Assembly (NCBI GenBank): GCA_048268245.1
Contig: JBLWVX010000003.1
Location: forward strand, 32,001-96,000
DNA from: Arcobacteraceae bacterium
GTDB lineage: Bacteria; Campylobacterota; Campylobacteria; Campylobacterales; Arcobacteraceae
DNA length: 64,000 nt
Reading direction: 5' to 3'
Below are positions 61,624 through 64,000 of this stretch, in pieces. A model generated the notes under the pieces. That model saw nothing but the letters and a program-made list of their open reading frames with translations. It had not been told where the DNA came from and did no database searches. Position numbers and translations under genes: made by a program. Position 1 is the stretch's first letter, and each line of letters begins with the position of its first letter.

Positions 61624-63219
61624 CTATAAACTCTTTTTTACAAGAAGGGATGCTATTTTATTATGAGCATGTACAAAGTTATCAATGTCTAAATCTTCAA
61701 ACTCTCTTTTTTCATTAAAGTTATTGATTTTTAAAACAATATTTGAGTTTGGTTTATACTTTAATATTGCATCACAAATCAATCTTTTTTTTGCAACATT
61801 ATCTAAAGTTATTATAATACTTGAAGCTTCATCCGCTTTAAGGGATTCTAATACTTGTACTTTCTCTAAGTGACCAAAGTATGCCATATGACCACTTTTT
61901 CTTGCATTTAAAACATGTCTTAAGTTATCTGTGATTATTACAAAAGGAATGCCTTTTTCATTTAATTTACTTGCAACTCTTCTTCCAAGTGCAGAATATC
62001 CACAAACTATAATATGATTCTTTTTATCAATAGGTGTAATTTTATCTGATTCAAAATACTCTTGTGCAAAAAATGATGCAATTTTATATATGTTATTTAC
62101 AATAAATGGAGTTATTATCATAGATAAAACTGTAACTAAAATCAAAAATTTACTTAATGTTTCATCTAAAATACCATTTGCAGAAGCAAGGGCAAAAACA
62201 GCAAATGAAAACTCACCTATTTGACATAAAGCAAGGGCTGCTTTTACTGAGTCATTTTTATTTGCTTTTCTTCTAATCAAAAAGTAAATTACTATAGCTT
62301 TTAATAAAAGAATAGCTATAAAAACTAGAACAATATAAACAATATTTTGCATCAAATATATAAGGTCAATTTTAGTTCCTACTGTAAAGAAGAAAGTCCC
62401 TAATAATAGATCTTTATAGGAAGCAATATCTGATTCAACTTTTATATGATATTTAGTCTCAGCTATAATCATACCTGCAATAAATGCACCAAGGGAATAT
62501 GTAAACCCTAATTCATGAGCCAAAATAGAAGCTCCAAAAACTATAGATAAAACTGAACCTATAAATAGCTCTTCAAGTCTTGCTTTTGTTGAAAATTGCA
62601 GTAGCCAATTTACAATCTTTTTACCAATTGTAAACATAAAAATAATAATAGCAATAGCTGCTAAGGTTGTTTTCAAAATAATATCTTGTAATTCTAAAGT
62701 ATCATTTGATAAAAAGCTTATAAGTAAAAGTATTGGAATTACTGCTAAGTCTTGGAAAATCAATATAGCAGTTGTTTTTTCTCCATATGGAGTATAAATA
62801 TCTTTTGATTGTTTTAAGTATGTTAAAACAATTGCAGTTGAAGATAAAGAAAATGCAAGGGATACTATAATAGCTGATACTGTATCAATAGAAAATACTA
62901 ACTTGGCTATTGCGAATATTAAAACGGCACTAATTGCTACTTGAAAAAAACCATTTACAAATAAAAGCTCTTTTATTTTTTTTAGTTTATTTACAGACAT
63001 TTCAAGTCCAATAGTAAACATTAAAAATACTATACCAAACTCTGCTATTAGGTTTAGTGCGTCTAAATTATGGTTTTTGCTTAGGTTAAAAATAGAGGTA
63101 ATTATTATACCTGTGATTATATATCCAATAATATGAGAAATTTCATATTTCTTTAAAATAATATTCAATATTGATGATATTGCTAGTGATAAAAATAGTA
63201 TAAATAGTATTGATTCCAT
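61624..63219 (-). CDS. CPA2 cation:proton antiporter with TrkA-N domain (KefB/KefC-like)
   Basis: AEFGIVFLMFTIGLE, LSSTAIV, LIFQD, LGAFIAG, QIGEFSF, IIVCGY..LG. Confidence 0.93.
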   Translation of the reverse strand: MESILFILFLSLAISSILNIILKKYEISHIIGYIITGIIITSIFNLSKNHNLDALNLIAEFGIVFLMFTIGLEMSVNKLKKIKELLFVNGFFQVAISAVLIFAIAKLVFSIDTVSAIIVSLAFSLSSTAIVLTYLKQSKDIYTPYGEKTTAILIFQDLAVIPILLLISFLSNDTLELQDIILKTTLAAIAIIIFMFTIGKKIVNWLLQFSTKARLEELFIGSVLSIVFGASILAHELGFTYSLGAFIAGMIIAETKYHIKVESDIASYKDLLLGTFFFTVGTKIDLIYLMQNIVYIVLVFIAILLLKAIVIYFLIRRKANKNDSVKAALALCQIGEFSFAVFALASANGILDETLSKFLILVTVLSMIITPFIVNNIYKIASFFAQEYFESDKITPIDKKNHIIVCGYSALGRRVASKLNEKGIPFVIITDNLRHVLNARKSGHMAYFGHLEKVQVLESLKADEASSIIITLDNVAKKRLICDAILKYKPNSNIVLKINNFNEKREFEDLDIDNFVHAHNKIASLLVKKSL

Positions 63220-63274
63220 GTATATATTTTATCCTAAAGTATATTTTTTAACAAGATAAAACTGTTTATTTATT

Positions 63275-63607
63275 TTACAAAGTAATATTTTCTAGATGTT
63301 CTATTTGCTCATCACAAACTATTATTGCATCTATACAAAATATAGGATTTATTTTTTTTGTTTGTATATAGTAATCTATACTTCTTTTTAATTTTGAGAG
63401 TTTATTTTTGTGTATATTATTTATAGCAGTTTCATAATCAGGGGCTGATTTTACTTCACAGAAGTGATAAACATTATCTTTTTTACAAATAATATCTATC
63501 TCTCCTAGTTTTTTTGCATAGAAGTTTTGCTCAACTATTTTAAAACCTCTATCTTCAAGGAAACTAAGTGCTTTTTTTTCAGCAAAATCTCCTTTTTGTT
63601 TACTCAT
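63275..63607 (-). CDS. YraN (UPF0102) PD-(D/E)XK family protein
   Basis: G..AE..A..FL...G, GEIDII, F.EVK. Confidence 0.92.
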   Translation of the reverse strand: MSKQKGDFAEKKALSFLEDRGFKIVEQNFYAKKLGEIDIICKKDNVYHFCEVKSAPDYETAINNIHKNKLSKLKRSIDYYIQTKKINPIFCIDAIIVCDEQIEHLENITL

Positions 63608-63613
63608 AAAAAA

Positions 63614-63814
63614 TCATCCACCACCAACAAATTGAAGTAATTCAATTTTGTCATCTTCTTTTGGCTTGAAATTACTCCAATTGTCTTTTTTTACAATTTC
63701 CATATTTACAGCAGCAGCCATAACTTTGTCTTCAATTTTTAATGATGTAATAATATCTTGTAAGCTTGAATTTCCATCAAAATTTTTTGTTTCACCATTT
63801 ACTATTAAATTCAT
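63614..63814 (-). CDS. thiS: Sulfur carrier protein ThiS
   Basis: VNGE, A.AVN.EIV, C-terminal FVGGG; ATG 63814. Confidence 0.92.
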   Translation of the reverse strand: MNLIVNGETKNFDGNSSLQDIITSLKIEDKVMAAAVNMEIVKKDNWSNFKPKEDDKIELLQFVGGG

Positions 63815-63815
63815 A

Positions 63816-64000
63816 TTAAACCTTTTCTTTCTCATATTCAATCATATATCCAACACCTCTAACATTTGTTATAAAATCTTCTTTTAAAGATTTTTTGACT
63901 CTATTAACTTCTGCTCTAATTGTAGCATTATCAATTTCATCACTCCAAACAAACTCTCTAAACGTGTCATATTTTACAACTGAGTTTTTAAACTTTGTTA
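63816..64000 (-). CDS. OmpR-family response regulator, C-terminal winged helix (truncated by window edge); absent from ORF track
   Basis: Manual translation ...NSVVKYDTFREFVWSDEIDNATIRAEVNRVKKSLKEDFITNVRGVGYMIEYEKEKV*. Confidence 0.88.
   Translation of the reverse strand, partial: TKFKNSVVKYDTFREFVWSDEIDNATIRAEVNRVKKSLKEDFITNVRGVGYMIEYEKEKV

Overview
Strongly AT-rich Campylobacterota chromosome segment. Gene content and order suggest Arcobacteraceae, and BetT plus NhaA hint at a salt-tolerant lifestyle (inference). Most of the window is housekeeping: the end of a flagellar cluster (fliL-orf-flgH-flgK-fliD-fliS-orf), tilS, rimO, panC, acpS, serB, tal, class II DAHP synthase, gatC, tgt, dapC, murC, nhaA, dprA, ilvC, rnr, fliW, holA, rpsF-ssb-rpsR, cysS, nusA, miaB, mqnE, bioF and thiS. 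Five things stand out. (1) A rearranged Tad/Flp pilus locus (17455-26285, plus a detached TadG-like gene at 31099-32070) preceded by a c-di-GMP-I riboswitch. All three of its pilin-like proteins carry an acidic residue at +3 instead of the canonical Glu+5, and its CpaB carries an SH3-like tail. (2) A gene missed by the ORF track (16429-16770, minus strand) encoding an ArsC/YffB-family protein with an in-frame TGA at the catalytic Cys followed by a SECIS-like hairpin, a probable selenoprotein. (3) A 520-aa protein after miaB-lpxJ that looks like a PilM-PilN-PilO fusion. (4) A CsgG-like/DUF4810/DUF799 lipoprotein operon without curli genes. (5) A TolC-histidine kinase operon with a divergent stand-alone receiver protein. 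No rRNA, tRNA, CRISPR array, transposase or integrase was recognised. All family calls come from reading motifs by eye, not from database searches.
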